From assembly GCA_018830005.1 (NCBI GenBank), contig JAHJTE010000001.1, positions 1,332 through 65,331 of the forward strand: 64,000 bases of DNA, read 5' to 3'. Below are positions 49,766 through 58,960 of this stretch, piece by piece; the stretch's first letter is position 1; each line of letters starts with the position of its first letter. The notes beneath the pieces are model-generated. The model was not told the DNA's origin and did not search any database. It worked only from the letters and a program-made list of their open reading frames with translations. The position numbers and the translations under genes are program-made. This DNA is from Candidatus Omnitrophota bacterium. Its GTDB lineage: Bacteria > Omnitrophota > Gorgyraeia > JAHJTE01.

Positions 49766-52223
49766 TTTTCACATTCATTCTAAATATTCTCGTGCCACAA
49801 GCCGCGAGATGGATATAGAACATCTTGCTAAATGGGCAAAGATAAAAGGTATCTCTCTTTTAGGCACAGGAGATTTTACGCACCATCTTTGGCTTGAGGA
49901 GCTAAAGGCAAATTTAGAGCCGAAAGACAACGGCCTCTTTGTTTATAACGGGATAAACTTTATCTTGACTGCTGAAATTAGCAGTATCTATTCAAAAAAA
50001 GGACGCACCTATCGTATACACAATTGTTTACTTGCGCCGTCTTTTGAAACAGTGGATAAGATTAATGCCCGACTTTCAGAGATAGGGAATCTCGCCTCTG
50101 ACGGAAGACCGATTTTAGGTTTGGATGCTAAGGAATTAGTAAGAATAGTCTTAGATATTGATCCAAATTGTATGATTATTCCCGCCCATTGTCTTCTACC
50201 AGATAGTCATATTCATACCAAGCTTGGAATTAAAAAAATTAAAGACATTCAAGAAGGAGAATTGGTCTATACGCACAAGTCAAATATTAAAAAAGTTACA
50301 AAGACTTTTAAAAGACAATATAAAGGGGAGATTTATCATATCAAACCATTTTATTTCAGAGAAGGGTTAAAGACAACGCCAGAACACCCATTTTATGTCA
50401 TTAAGACATATAAAAATTGTCCGTCAACTCAGGGATATTGCAAGAAGGATTGTTGTCATATCAAGAAAGGTTGTAAGCGTAGATTTTATGAAGATTATAA
50501 GCCTGGCTGGGTACAAGCAAAAGACATAGAAAATAGTGACGTACTTCTGTTCCCCAGATTTATTAATAATTCGAGAGATATTAATGAGATAAAATTAAGT
50601 GATTATATAGAAGCCGATTTTACATTAAAGAATAATAAAATTGCTCCTAATGGAAGTAGAGTTCATTGGTTGCCAAATAATATTAAAATAGATGAAGATT
50701 TTTGTAGATTGGTAGGTTATTATTTAGCAGAAGGCTATACTAATAATCGCGATCAGATTTCTTTTTGTTTCAAAGATAGCGAGCTAGACTATATTAATGA
50801 TGTTAAATTTTTGGTGAAGAAAATTTTTGATATTAACTTATCTAGCAATCGAATCAGGGAGGGCGTCAACAGCATAGAATTAAATTTTTGTTCAAAGATT
50901 TTACTCAACCTATTTAGCAAGTTTTTTTACGTTAGTAATCCAGCAAAGACTCATAATAAATGCCTACCGGGTTGGATGTTGCAGCTTTCAGCTGTTAAGC
51001 AGATGCAAATTCTAAAAGGTTGGTGGCGTGGCGATACAGGCTATACATCTTCGCAAACGCTTATGAATCAAATGAAGATTATATTGTTAAGATTAGGTAT
51101 TATTCCTTCAATCCGGGTTGATTCTATTCAAGATCATTTTAAACGTGGTAAACACAAGATTGGAGAAAGAGATGTAGTAGCTAAATATGACAACTATTAC
51201 TTTTCTAATTTGTCTTTCTTTGAAGATGAACATAGTTTATTAAATGACCCTAGTTTTGAAAAATTTAGGACAAAATTACAACGTAGACATGGTTGGATGG
51301 ACGACAAATATATTTATATACCGGTTAAGGATATAGAAGTGAGTAATTATAACGGAGAAGTTTACAATCTAGAAGTTGAAGATGATAATTCTTATGTTAG
51401 TGAATTTGCAATTGTCCATAATTGTTGGACCCCCTGGTTCAGTCTTTTTGGTTCAATGTCAGGATTTGATAAAATTGAGTATTGCTTTGAAGAGCAGACT
51501 AAAAACATATTCTGCTTAGAAACCGGCCTTAGTAGCGATCCGGCTATGAACTGGCGATTATCAGCACTGGATAGGTTTTCTTTAATCAGCAACTCTGACA
51601 GTCACTCTCCTTCCCGTATTGGCCGCGAAGCCAATGTCTTTGATTGCGGCTTAGATTACAAGACTATAATGGAGGTTTTAAAGACAAAGGATAAGAAGCG
51701 TTTTCTCTATACTATTGAATTTTTCCCACAAGAAGGGAAATATCATTTTGATGGGCATAGAAATTGTGGCATTTGTTTTAGCCCGCAAGAATCCCGAAAA
51801 CATAAGAACCGTTGTCCAAAATGCGGTCGCGCTTTAACTATAGGGGTTATGAACAGGGTAGAACAGTTGGCAGATAGGCCTGTGGGATTCGTCCCGGAAA
51901 ACAACATCCCATTTAAGAATCTTATCCCTCTGGATGAGATTATCTCTGAGGTGCGAGGTGTAGGCAAGGCCTCCAAGACAGTCACGAATGAGTACAATAC
52001 AATTATACATAAATTCCAGACAGAGTTTGATGTGTTAGTCAAGGCAACCAGGGAAGAGCTGGCAAAAAGTCTTCCTGAGAAAATTGTAGAAGGGATTATG
52101 CGCGTTAGACAAGGCAGGGTCGACATTCTACCTGGACATGACGGCGAATACGGCAAGATTAAGATCTTTGATGAGAATGAAAAAGGTAAACCTACAGGAG
52201 AGGAGCAGCTGAGCCTGTTTTGA
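49749..52223 (+). CDS. Endonuclease Q (EndoQ)-like PHP-domain protein, interrupted by a 411-aa intein
   Basis: Exteins (413 aa): DFHIHSKYSRATS...GTGDFTH...SDGRP...IIPAH | CWTPWFSLFGS...SNSDSHSP...GKYHFDGHRNCGICF...CPKCGRAL...GHDGEYGKIKI. This matches the archaeal EndoQ architecture: PHP fold, zinc finger, and a C-terminal GxYGxI. Confidence 0.7.
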   Translation: MQFVADFHIHSKYSRATSREMDIEHLAKWAKIKGISLLGTGDFTHHLWLEELKANLEPKDNGLFVYNGINFILTAEISSIYSKKGRTYRIHNCLLAPSFETVDKINARLSEIGNLASDGRPILGLDAKELVRIVLDIDPNCMIIPAHCLLPDSHIHTKLGIKKIKDIQEGELVYTHKSNIKKVTKTFKRQYKGEIYHIKPFYFREGLKTTPEHPFYVIKTYKNCPSTQGYCKKDCCHIKKGCKRRFYEDYKPGWVQAKDIENSDVLLFPRFINNSRDINEIKLSDYIEADFTLKNNKIAPNGSRVHWLPNNIKIDEDFCRLVGYYLAEGYTNNRDQISFCFKDSELDYINDVKFLVKKIFDINLSSNRIREGVNSIELNFCSKILLNLFSKFFYVSNPAKTHNKCLPGWMLQLSAVKQMQILKGWWRGDTGYTSSQTLMNQMKIILLRLGIIPSIRVDSIQDHFKRGKHKIGERDVVAKYDNYYFSNLSFFEDEHSLLNDPSFEKFRTKLQRRHGWMDDKYIYIPVKDIEVSNYNGEVYNLEVEDDNSYVSEFAIVHNCWTPWFSLFGSMSGFDKIEYCFEEQTKNIFCLETGLSSDPAMNWRLSALDRFSLISNSDSHSPSRIGREANVFDCGLDYKTIMEVLKTKDKKRFLYTIEFFPQEGKYHFDGHRNCGICFSPQESRKHKNRCPKCGRALTIGVMNRVEQLADRPVGFVPENNIPFKNLIPLDEIISEVRGVGKASKTVTNEYNTIIHKFQTEFDVLVKATREELAKSLPEKIVEGIMRVRQGRVDILPGHDGEYGKIKIFDENEKGKPTGEEQLSLF
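50190..51422 (+). mobile_element. Intein with a LAGLIDADG homing-endonuclease domain inside the EndoQ-like gene
   Basis: CLLPDSHIHT (block A) ... LVGYYLAEGYTNN and LKGWWRGDTGYT (LAGLIDADG blocks) ... FAIVHN, then a +1 Cys. A Cys-rich insert (CPSTQGYCKKDCCHIKKGCKRR) follows block B. Confidence 0.75.
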
Positions 52224-52232
52224 ATTAGATTA

Positions 52233-52304
52233 GCGCCTGTAGCTCAATGGATAGAGCAGTGGCCTCCGGAGCCATGTGTGCAGGTTCGACTCCTGCCAGG
52301 CGCA
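52233..52304 (+). tRNA. tRNA-Arg (anticodon CCG)
   Basis: GCGCCTGTAGCTCAATGGATAGAGCAGTGGCCTCCGGAGCCATGTGTGCAGGTTCGACTCCTGCCAGGCGCA. Confidence 0.85.
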
Positions 52305-52336
52305 TTTCAAGGCAGTTAAATAAAGGAGCATGGGAC

Positions 52337-52798
52337 ATGTTAACTAATTGCAAGGCAATAGTTTCCGTAATTGGTGGCCATAAATGTTCTAAAGAAGTGG
52401 AGGAAATAGCCATAAATTTAGGCAAAAATATAGGTAAAAGTGGTTATATTTTAGTATGTGGAGGCCTAAGTGGAGTAATGGAAGCAGCAGCAAAGGGCGC
52501 CAAACAGACAGGTGCTACCACAGTTGGCATATTACCAGGCAATGATAAATGCGTTGCCAATCCTTATATTGACGTTGCGATTGCTACTGGTTTAGGTATG
52601 GTCAGGAATACCATCGTAGTTTCTGCTGCAGATGCTGTTGTGGCCTTAGCAGGAGAAAAAGGCACTTTATCTGAAATTGCCTTTGCCCTTACATTAGAAA
52701 AACCAGTAATTGACTTAGGGAACTGGGGCCTTCCAGGCATGATTAAGGCTAGCTCACCAGAAGAGGCAATACAGATTATAGAGGGAGTTATCAAATAA
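52337..52798 (+). CDS. TIGR00725/LOG-family Rossmann-fold protein
   Basis: 153 aa from the ATG at 52337 (RBS AAAGGAG upstream); SVIGGHKCS...ILVCGGLSGVMEAAAKGA...GILP pattern. The longer ORF-track start would run through tRNA-Arg. Confidence 0.6.
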   Translation: MLTNCKAIVSVIGGHKCSKEVEEIAINLGKNIGKSGYILVCGGLSGVMEAAAKGAKQTGATTVGILPGNDKCVANPYIDVAIATGLGMVRNTIVVSAADAVVALAGEKGTLSEIAFALTLEKPVIDLGNWGLPGMIKASSPEEAIQIIEGVIK

Positions 52799-52803
52799 GA
52801 TCA

Positions 52804-53616
52804 ATGCCAGAACTACCTGAAATAGAAACCATAAAAAGAGAGTTAAAACCAAAACTCCTAGGCAAGAGAATTACAAAGGTCTTAATAAAGCGTTCTCGAG
52901 TTATCCGCATGCCATCAAAAAGAGTGTTTGTCGATAAAATAAAGCATGCGTGTATTAAGTCCATCTCAAGGCGCGGCAAGGCATTAATATTTGAACTATC
53001 AGGCCCTGGTTTGAGGCAACGGTTTTTAGTAGTTCACCTACGTATGAGCGGCCAATTAATATATCCGGGAGACGCGCACAAGGCGCGAGTAAGTTTTAAA
53101 TTCTCCGATGGCAGCATGCTTGATTTCAATGACCAGCGGCTTTTAGGAGAGATTTTTCTTTTGGATGACTGGCAAGAGCTAGCGTTTTTTAAACGTCTGG
53201 GACCCGAGCCATTTGATATATCATGGCGTGATTTCTCAAGGTCACTCCAGGGCAGAAAGGCCAAGATTAAACCATTGCTCATGGACCAATCTTTCATTGC
53301 TGGTATTGGCAATATCTATGCTGCCGAGGCCTTGTTTAAGGCCAGGATAGCGCCCCAGAGAAAGGCGCAGAGTCTTTCCTCAAAGGAAAAAAATAGGCTA
53401 TTTAAATCCATTACTTCTATATTAGCCGAGGCGATAAGAAGAAAAGGCTCATCCATAGACCAGTATGTGCGTTCAGACGGAAAAAGAGGCATGTTTGCGC
53501 GTCAACATAAGGTATACAACAGAAAAGGAGAGTCTTGCTTTGTCTGCAGGAGTCCTATAAAGAGAATAGCGCTTGCAGGCAGAGGGACTTATTTTTGTTC
53601 AAGGTGCCAGAGATGA
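52804..53616 (+). CDS. mutM: Formamidopyrimidine-DNA glycosylase
   Basis: 270 aa; MPELPEIETIKREL N-terminus (catalytic Pro2/Glu3), H2TH domain, C-terminal zinc finger CFVCRSPIKRIALAGRGTYFCSRCQ. Confidence 0.9.
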   Translation: MPELPEIETIKRELKPKLLGKRITKVLIKRSRVIRMPSKRVFVDKIKHACIKSISRRGKALIFELSGPGLRQRFLVVHLRMSGQLIYPGDAHKARVSFKFSDGSMLDFNDQRLLGEIFLLDDWQELAFFKRLGPEPFDISWRDFSRSLQGRKAKIKPLLMDQSFIAGIGNIYAAEALFKARIAPQRKAQSLSSKEKNRLFKSITSILAEAIRRKGSSIDQYVRSDGKRGMFARQHKVYNRKGESCFVCRSPIKRIALAGRGTYFCSRCQR

Positions 53617-54440
53617 AAGAAAGAAACACCAAACACAAACAGAATATCATTCAGACCAAGGCCAAGATCCTCTTTAACAAAAGGATTGTCGATAATTTTT
53701 ATAAAATTAGTATCAGGGCACCTAAGATTGCAAAGGCTGCTTTACCAGGACAGTTTTTGAATATAAAAGTTAACGATACCTATCAACCGCTTTTAAGAAA
53801 GCCATTAGGAATCAATAGAATTAGAGACAAAGGCAATAAGACTGGACTAGATATTTTATATAAGGTAGTAGGCGAGGGCACAGAGGCCCTCTCTCACAGG
53901 CAGAGCGGAGAATATATTGATATATTAGGTCCTTTGGGTAATGGCTTTTCCTTAGATTTTACTGCTGATAGATTGAAAGAGGATGAGATATTTCTTGTTG
54001 CTGGCGGCATTGGTATTGCACCTCTTTTGTTTCTGGCTGAGAGAATATTGGAAAACTCATCTTGCCAGAAATTAATCGTATTGATCGGCGCTAAAACCAA
54101 AAGCCATATTCTCTGCCAAAAAGAATTCAAAGATTTAGGTTGTAATGTTTTGGTGGCTACAGATGATGGCAGCTGCGGCTTTAGGGGCAATGTAACAGAT
54201 TTATTCAGGAAGACCTTGGGATCAGAAAGAGCAACGGTCTATATTTGTGGTCCCCGTCCTATGCTTAAAGAAACAGCAAGGATCGGCGCTAGGCGTGCTT
54301 TTTCCTGCTTTGGTCTTTTAGAGGAATACATGGCTTGTGGTACGGGTGCTTGTTTCGGCTGCGTGGTTGCTACAACTGGCGGTTATAAACGCGTATGCAA
54401 GGAAGGGCCAGTATTTGACTTAAAGTCAATCAAGTGGTAG
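53613..54440 (+). CDS. pyrK: Dihydroorotate dehydrogenase electron-transfer subunit
   Basis: FAD/NAD-binding fold plus a C-terminal 2Fe-2S cluster (CGTGACFGC). Start at ATG 53613, overlapping the mutM stop (ATGA). Confidence 0.85.
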   Translation: MKERNTKHKQNIIQTKAKILFNKRIVDNFYKISIRAPKIAKAALPGQFLNIKVNDTYQPLLRKPLGINRIRDKGNKTGLDILYKVVGEGTEALSHRQSGEYIDILGPLGNGFSLDFTADRLKEDEIFLVAGGIGIAPLLFLAERILENSSCQKLIVLIGAKTKSHILCQKEFKDLGCNVLVATDDGSCGFRGNVTDLFRKTLGSERATVYICGPRPMLKETARIGARRAFSCFGLLEEYMACGTGACFGCVVATTGGYKRVCKEGPVFDLKSIKW

Positions 54441-54624
54441 AATGAGTTCGCTCTTCATACTTATTGGCGGGCTCGCGTAAATTGTCTGTACCCATTATCC
54501 CTTGCTTATGCACTTGAAAATTTCTACGAAATTTTCTGCGTAAGCTTCGGGATAAATTCGACCAAACAACTTATGTTCGCACTTCGTGCTCCATAAGCTG
54601 TGGTCTTATTTAAAGGAGGTCAAT

Positions 54625-54891
54625 ATGTTTTATACAGCAGATCTATTGAGGATAGGAGGATCAGTTCTGGGGATAGTTGGCATTCTATTATCCGTAGGGT
54701 TAATCTTTTTTCCCAAGCAGCTGCTTACACTAAACAATATACTTAACAGGCAGATTTCTACAGATAAATTAAGGCTTGCTTTGGAAAAGGAATTCGATAT
54801 TACCAATATTATTATGCAGGCAAGAGTCCTTGCCGGAGTCATTACTTTATTGTTATCATTTATTTTATTGACGATAGCCATAAAGGTTTAG
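54625..54891 (+). CDS. Small 2-transmembrane membrane protein
   Basis: 88 aa from the ATG at 54625, preceded by AAAGGAGG. Hydrophobic segments IGGSVLGIVGILLSVGLIFF and VLAGVITLLLSFILLTIAI. Confidence 0.35.
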   Translation: MFYTADLLRIGGSVLGIVGILLSVGLIFFPKQLLTLNNILNRQISTDKLRLALEKEFDITNIIMQARVLAGVITLLLSFILLTIAIKV

Positions 54892-56082
54892 TTGGTAAAT
54901 AATAAAATAGATCGATATAGCCCCCTTGAATTGAGCCAGAACCCATTTATTTCAATAATCATCCCAGTACGCAACGCTGCCCGGACACTACCTACCACTT
55001 TTAACTATCTCTTTCGCGTTGATTATCCTAGAGACAAGATGGAGATAATTATTGCCGATGGAGGTAGCAGCGACGATACTGTTAGCGTAATCAGGCATTG
55101 GCAAAAGGACTACTCCTTTATAAAACTTGTTGAAATTCCCAATTGTCCTTCCCCTGGTTTTGCCAGGAATAAGGCGCTTAAGGTAGTTAAGGGAGAGTTT
55201 ATCTTTTTTACTGATGGCGATTGCGCACCTGCGTCTGACTGGATATGGAAGATATTGAAGGTCTTTTCGCGTGATGAGAACATTGCTGCTGTTGGTGGAG
55301 AGGTGCATACATTGCGCGTGGATAAGGATAATGTTGTTGAGGCATGGTGTGAGCACTTTGGCTTTAATATGGTGAGCCCTCGCTATGGTTTTATTAAAGA
55401 AGGATATTTTCCTGATTTTCCCAAAGACCCTACCCCAGCAGATGTGGCTGGACATCGGGCATATTTTTTTGGCACCTGTAACGTTGCCTATCGAAAAGAA
55501 GCGCTCGATGTAGCAGGTGCGTATTTCTGGGAAAGGCCTACGGGTGAAGATATGGAATTGAGTTTGCGAACAAGAAAACACGGGTATAAATTTTATTTTG
55601 CACCAGATGCAGACGTAAAACATATGCACAGGGCAAACCTAAAGCAGCTACTAAATGTATGGGCATCTTATGGCAGGGCCCATCCTGTCCTGATTGAGAA
55701 ATATATTAGAAAACACAGATTAGACATCATTTTACAATTCTTAAAAAGCAAACCTGTACTGTCTTTTCCTTTTCCTATCCGAGGTTTTATTTATCTTGGC
55801 AACCTACAGCTTGGGATTCTTTGTCTTATTCTCTCTTTAGTCTCTGGCCTTGCTATTATTTTAGGCAACAGTTCTGCCGGTTTATTAGTTAGTCTGGGAA
55901 TTTTTGTGATGGGTTTTGTTTTGTTTTCTTTTAATTATTTCAAGGCCTGTTTTGATATGCAGCCAAGGAGATTATTTCTAAGCTGGTGTGCAATGAAATT
56001 CCTGACCAATATTTATTTTATTCGCGGAGGCTTAGAAGGCATTTTCAAGCATAAGATATTGTGCATTGAACCAAGTTTCTAG
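54892..56082 (+). CDS. Family-2 glycosyltransferase with C-terminal transmembrane helices
   Basis: 396 aa; SIIIPVRNAARTL and IIADGGSSDDT, the GT-A DxD region; about four C-terminal TM helices. A TTG start is inferred. Confidence 0.7.
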   Translation: MVNNKIDRYSPLELSQNPFISIIIPVRNAARTLPTTFNYLFRVDYPRDKMEIIIADGGSSDDTVSVIRHWQKDYSFIKLVEIPNCPSPGFARNKALKVVKGEFIFFTDGDCAPASDWIWKILKVFSRDENIAAVGGEVHTLRVDKDNVVEAWCEHFGFNMVSPRYGFIKEGYFPDFPKDPTPADVAGHRAYFFGTCNVAYRKEALDVAGAYFWERPTGEDMELSLRTRKHGYKFYFAPDADVKHMHRANLKQLLNVWASYGRAHPVLIEKYIRKHRLDIILQFLKSKPVLSFPFPIRGFIYLGNLQLGILCLILSLVSGLAIILGNSSAGLLVSLGIFVMGFVLFSFNYFKACFDMQPRRLFLSWCAMKFLTNIYFIRGGLEGIFKHKILCIEPSF

Positions 56083-56199
56083 ATCAGAGATGGGGAATTG
56101 AAGATAGTAGCCCCCCTGCAGAATTCAACGAATTCTACAGGATCAGTCCTAATAGAAATTCTTTCAGAATTTCTGTGGGAGGGTCAGGAGGAGGGTGCG

Positions 56200-56646
56200 A
56201 TGAAGAGAAAGAAAGGAATAACTATATTTGGTATAGCTAGTATAGTCATTGCCCTATTGCAACATTTTCTATTAACAAAGCAGTATTTGAAGCTAATTCT
56301 AATTATCGATGGATATCAAAAAACCATCTCTATAAGACCGCTATTGTCTCTTTTTTATCAATTCTTAATACTTACTTCAGCTTTTTTGGCAATTAATGGT
56401 TTAGTCATTCTTATTCGGAAAAGGATTTTAGAAGTACCTACCGCATTTATTCTTGTTATAAACTATATTATCTTCATTGTTCCTGCGATTTATATAGTCA
56501 AACTTGGACATAATAATATGACGCTTTTGCCACTTTATCCAAAAGATAGCATTTTAGTAATTTTAATATTTATGGTTTCGGTTTATACAATTGGTTCACT
56601 GGCATATTTAGTTCTATCTAAACCCCAAAGTAAAGGAGCAGTCTAG
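56200..56646 (+). CDS. Polytopic membrane protein of unknown function
   Basis: 148 aa from the ATG at 56200 (RBS AGGAGGAG upstream); 4-5 predicted transmembrane helices. Confidence 0.4.
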   Translation: MKRKKGITIFGIASIVIALLQHFLLTKQYLKLILIIDGYQKTISIRPLLSLFYQFLILTSAFLAINGLVILIRKRILEVPTAFILVINYIIFIVPAIYIVKLGHNNMTLLPLYPKDSILVILIFMVSVYTIGSLAYLVLSKPQSKGAV

Positions 56647-56652
56647 TTAATT

Positions 56653-57603
56653 ATGGCAGTTAAACAGAAAAACTTATCAGTACGCATCGGTAAATTAGCC
56701 CTTTCTTCTCCTCTCATTGCTGCCTCAGGCACGTTTGGGTATGGCCAGGAGTTAGAGGGGCTGATTGATTTTAAAGATTTCGGCGCTATTATTACAAAGA
56801 CAATAACCCTAAAAGCGCGTAAGGGAAATCCACCGCCTCGCTTGATAGAGACTCCCTGGGGGTTGCTTAATTCCATTGGACTAGAGAATCCTGGTATTGA
56901 TGTATTCTTGAGGGATAAATGGCCATATTTAGCAAGATTAAAAACCCCTGTCATTATAAGCATAGGCGGAGAAACTAAAGATGAATTTGTAAGGCTTACT
57001 AAGCGTCTGGATAGATTAGAAGATTTGAAGGCAATAGAGGTTAATATCTCTTGTCCTAATATTAAGAAGGCGAAAATCAAAAAGAGAAAGACGCAAGGCC
57101 TAACAATGTTTTCTCAAGGTATAGATGAGACATTTGCTGTTGTTAAGGTAGTGCGTAAGCTAACGTCTAAGACATTGATTGTTAAGCTTACGCCCAACGT
57201 TACGGATATTTCTAGTATAGCCATTGCTGCCTCAAGCGCTGGAGCAGATGCACTTTGTTTAGTAAATACCTATTTTGGCATGGCTGTTGATATCCAAAAC
57301 AGGAGGCCTCAGCTTGCGAATATAACCGGAGGTTTAAGCGGCCCGGCAATAAAGCCATTAAGTCTTTATGCGGTTTATAAGACATACAAGGCAGTGAGAA
57401 AACCTATTATCGGCGGAGGAGGCATTATGAATAGCGCTGATGCTATCGAATTTTTAACCTGCGGGGCAACAGCGTTGTCTTTAGGAACAGTAAACTTTAT
57501 TAATACCAAGGCCCCTAAGGAAATTTTGACGGGAATAAAAGGCTATTTGAAAAAGAATAAGATTAAGGATATTTATAAGCTTAGAGGTAGTTTGCGTACA
57601 TGA
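56653..57603 (+). CDS. pyrD: Dihydroorotate dehydrogenase catalytic subunit (class 1B)
   Basis: 316 aa; LSSPLIAASGTFGYG and NSIGLENPG motifs. Confidence 0.9.
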   Translation: MAVKQKNLSVRIGKLALSSPLIAASGTFGYGQELEGLIDFKDFGAIITKTITLKARKGNPPPRLIETPWGLLNSIGLENPGIDVFLRDKWPYLARLKTPVIISIGGETKDEFVRLTKRLDRLEDLKAIEVNISCPNIKKAKIKKRKTQGLTMFSQGIDETFAVVKVVRKLTSKTLIVKLTPNVTDISSIAIAASSAGADALCLVNTYFGMAVDIQNRRPQLANITGGLSGPAIKPLSLYAVYKTYKAVRKPIIGGGGIMNSADAIEFLTCGATALSLGTVNFINTKAPKEILTGIKGYLKKNKIKDIYKLRGSLRT

Positions 57604-58283
57604 AGACAAAACTCATAGTTGCATTGGATGTTGATAGTTTTAGTAAGGCAAAGGCTATCGTAAATAGATTAGGCCCTTGTGTGAGAGCTTACAAGGTAGG
57701 CAGCCAATTGTTTATTGCCTCAGGCATAGAGATTGTTCTCTGGCTAAAACGCAAACATAAGAATGTGTTTCTGGATTTAAAGTTGCATGATATACCCAAT
57801 ACTGTTGCTGCTAGCGCCAGGCAAATAACCAAACTTGGCGTTTATATGTTTACGATTCATGCTACTGGTGGCAAGGTGATGATGCGCGGCTGTGTCAAGG
57901 CAGTCAGATCAGAGGCAAGTCGCCTTAAGATTAAAAAACCAGCTGTGCTTGCTGTAACTGTGTTAACCAGCCAGAAATCCACCAATACCAAAAGAGATGT
58001 CCTGAGGTTGGCAAAGGAGGCGCTATCTTGCGGAGTTGATGGAATTGTCTGTTCAGTAGAAGAGGCACATCTTTTACATAGAAAACTAAAACATAAGTTC
58101 ATTCTGGTCTGTCCGGGTATAAGAAGCGCAACCAACAAAAAATCGGACCAGAAAAGAATAGCTACGCCACAGCAGGCAAAGAAGGCGCAGGTTGACTTTA
58201 TTGTAGTGGGCAGGCCAATAATAGAGGCTCCTTCTGCTTCTCTTGCAGCTGTAAATATATTGAACGCACTCAAAGAAAGATAG
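57600..58283 (+). CDS. pyrF: Orotidine 5'-phosphate decarboxylase
   Basis: 227 aa; LIVALDV and LDLKLHDIPNT motifs. Confidence 0.9.
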   Translation: MKTKLIVALDVDSFSKAKAIVNRLGPCVRAYKVGSQLFIASGIEIVLWLKRKHKNVFLDLKLHDIPNTVAASARQITKLGVYMFTIHATGGKVMMRGCVKAVRSEASRLKIKKPAVLAVTVLTSQKSTNTKRDVLRLAKEALSCGVDGIVCSVEEAHLLHRKLKHKFILVCPGIRSATNKKSDQKRIATPQQAKKAQVDFIVVGRPIIEAPSASLAAVNILNALKER

Positions 58284-58357
58284 AAGCATTTATTTTTTGA
58301 TTAATAATATTTTAAGGCTTATTTGCTTATACTAAGTCTTAGGAGGAAGGTATAGAC

Positions 58358-58960
58358 ATGACAGAAAAACTAAAAGACCTTCTTGAGAAGATTAACGAAG
58401 AAGGCGTAAAACAGGCAGAGGAGGCGGCACGCAGAATAGAATCAAAGGCTGAGGATGATGCTGAAAAGATTCTTAGAGATGCTAAGTCGCAGGCAGAAGC
58501 AATTATAGATGATGCCAGGAGTCATGCACGCAAGGTCAAAGAGGCAGGTGAGTTGGCCCTGAAGCAATCCGGCAGAAATCTAATGCTTTCTCTTAAAGAA
58601 GAAATCAGGAGTCTTTTGAATAAGATTATTGGCGCAGAGACTGCCAAGATAATGTCAGCAGTTGATCTTGAGGCCATTTTAGAGAAATTAATAATAAATT
58701 TTGCCAAGGAGAAAGGCGAGACCTCTGATATAAAGGTGCTCTTAAAACAAGAAGATCTCGCAAAACTTAAAAAGACTTTTATTCTAAGGTTAAAGGAGAG
58801 GTTGAAAGAGCCGATAGAGTTTAGGCCAGCAGCCAATATTAATACTGGTTTTTCCATAAGCTTTGACAAAGGCAAGTCGTTTTTTGACTTTACAGATGAA
58901 GGTTTGGCCGAGGCAATACGTAACTATCTTAATCCAGAACTTGCAAGGATTTTCAAATGA
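58358..58960 (+). CDS. atpE: V-type ATP synthase subunit E
   Basis: 200 aa, charged coiled-coil-rich; the first gene of a V/A-ATPase operon. Confidence 0.7.
   Translation: MTEKLKDLLEKINEEGVKQAEEAARRIESKAEDDAEKILRDAKSQAEAIIDDARSHARKVKEAGELALKQSGRNLMLSLKEEIRSLLNKIIGAETAKIMSAVDLEAILEKLIINFAKEKGETSDIKVLLKQEDLAKLKKTFILRLKERLKEPIEFRPAANINTGFSISFDKGKSFFDFTDEGLAEAIRNYLNPELARIFK

Noticed and set aside
52247-52336. N-terminal extension of the LOG-family ORF and the 66-aa ORF 52225..52425 (-)
   Set aside because: Both run through tRNA-Arg (52233..52304). A good RBS and ATG at 52337 gives a normal-length TIGR00725 protein.
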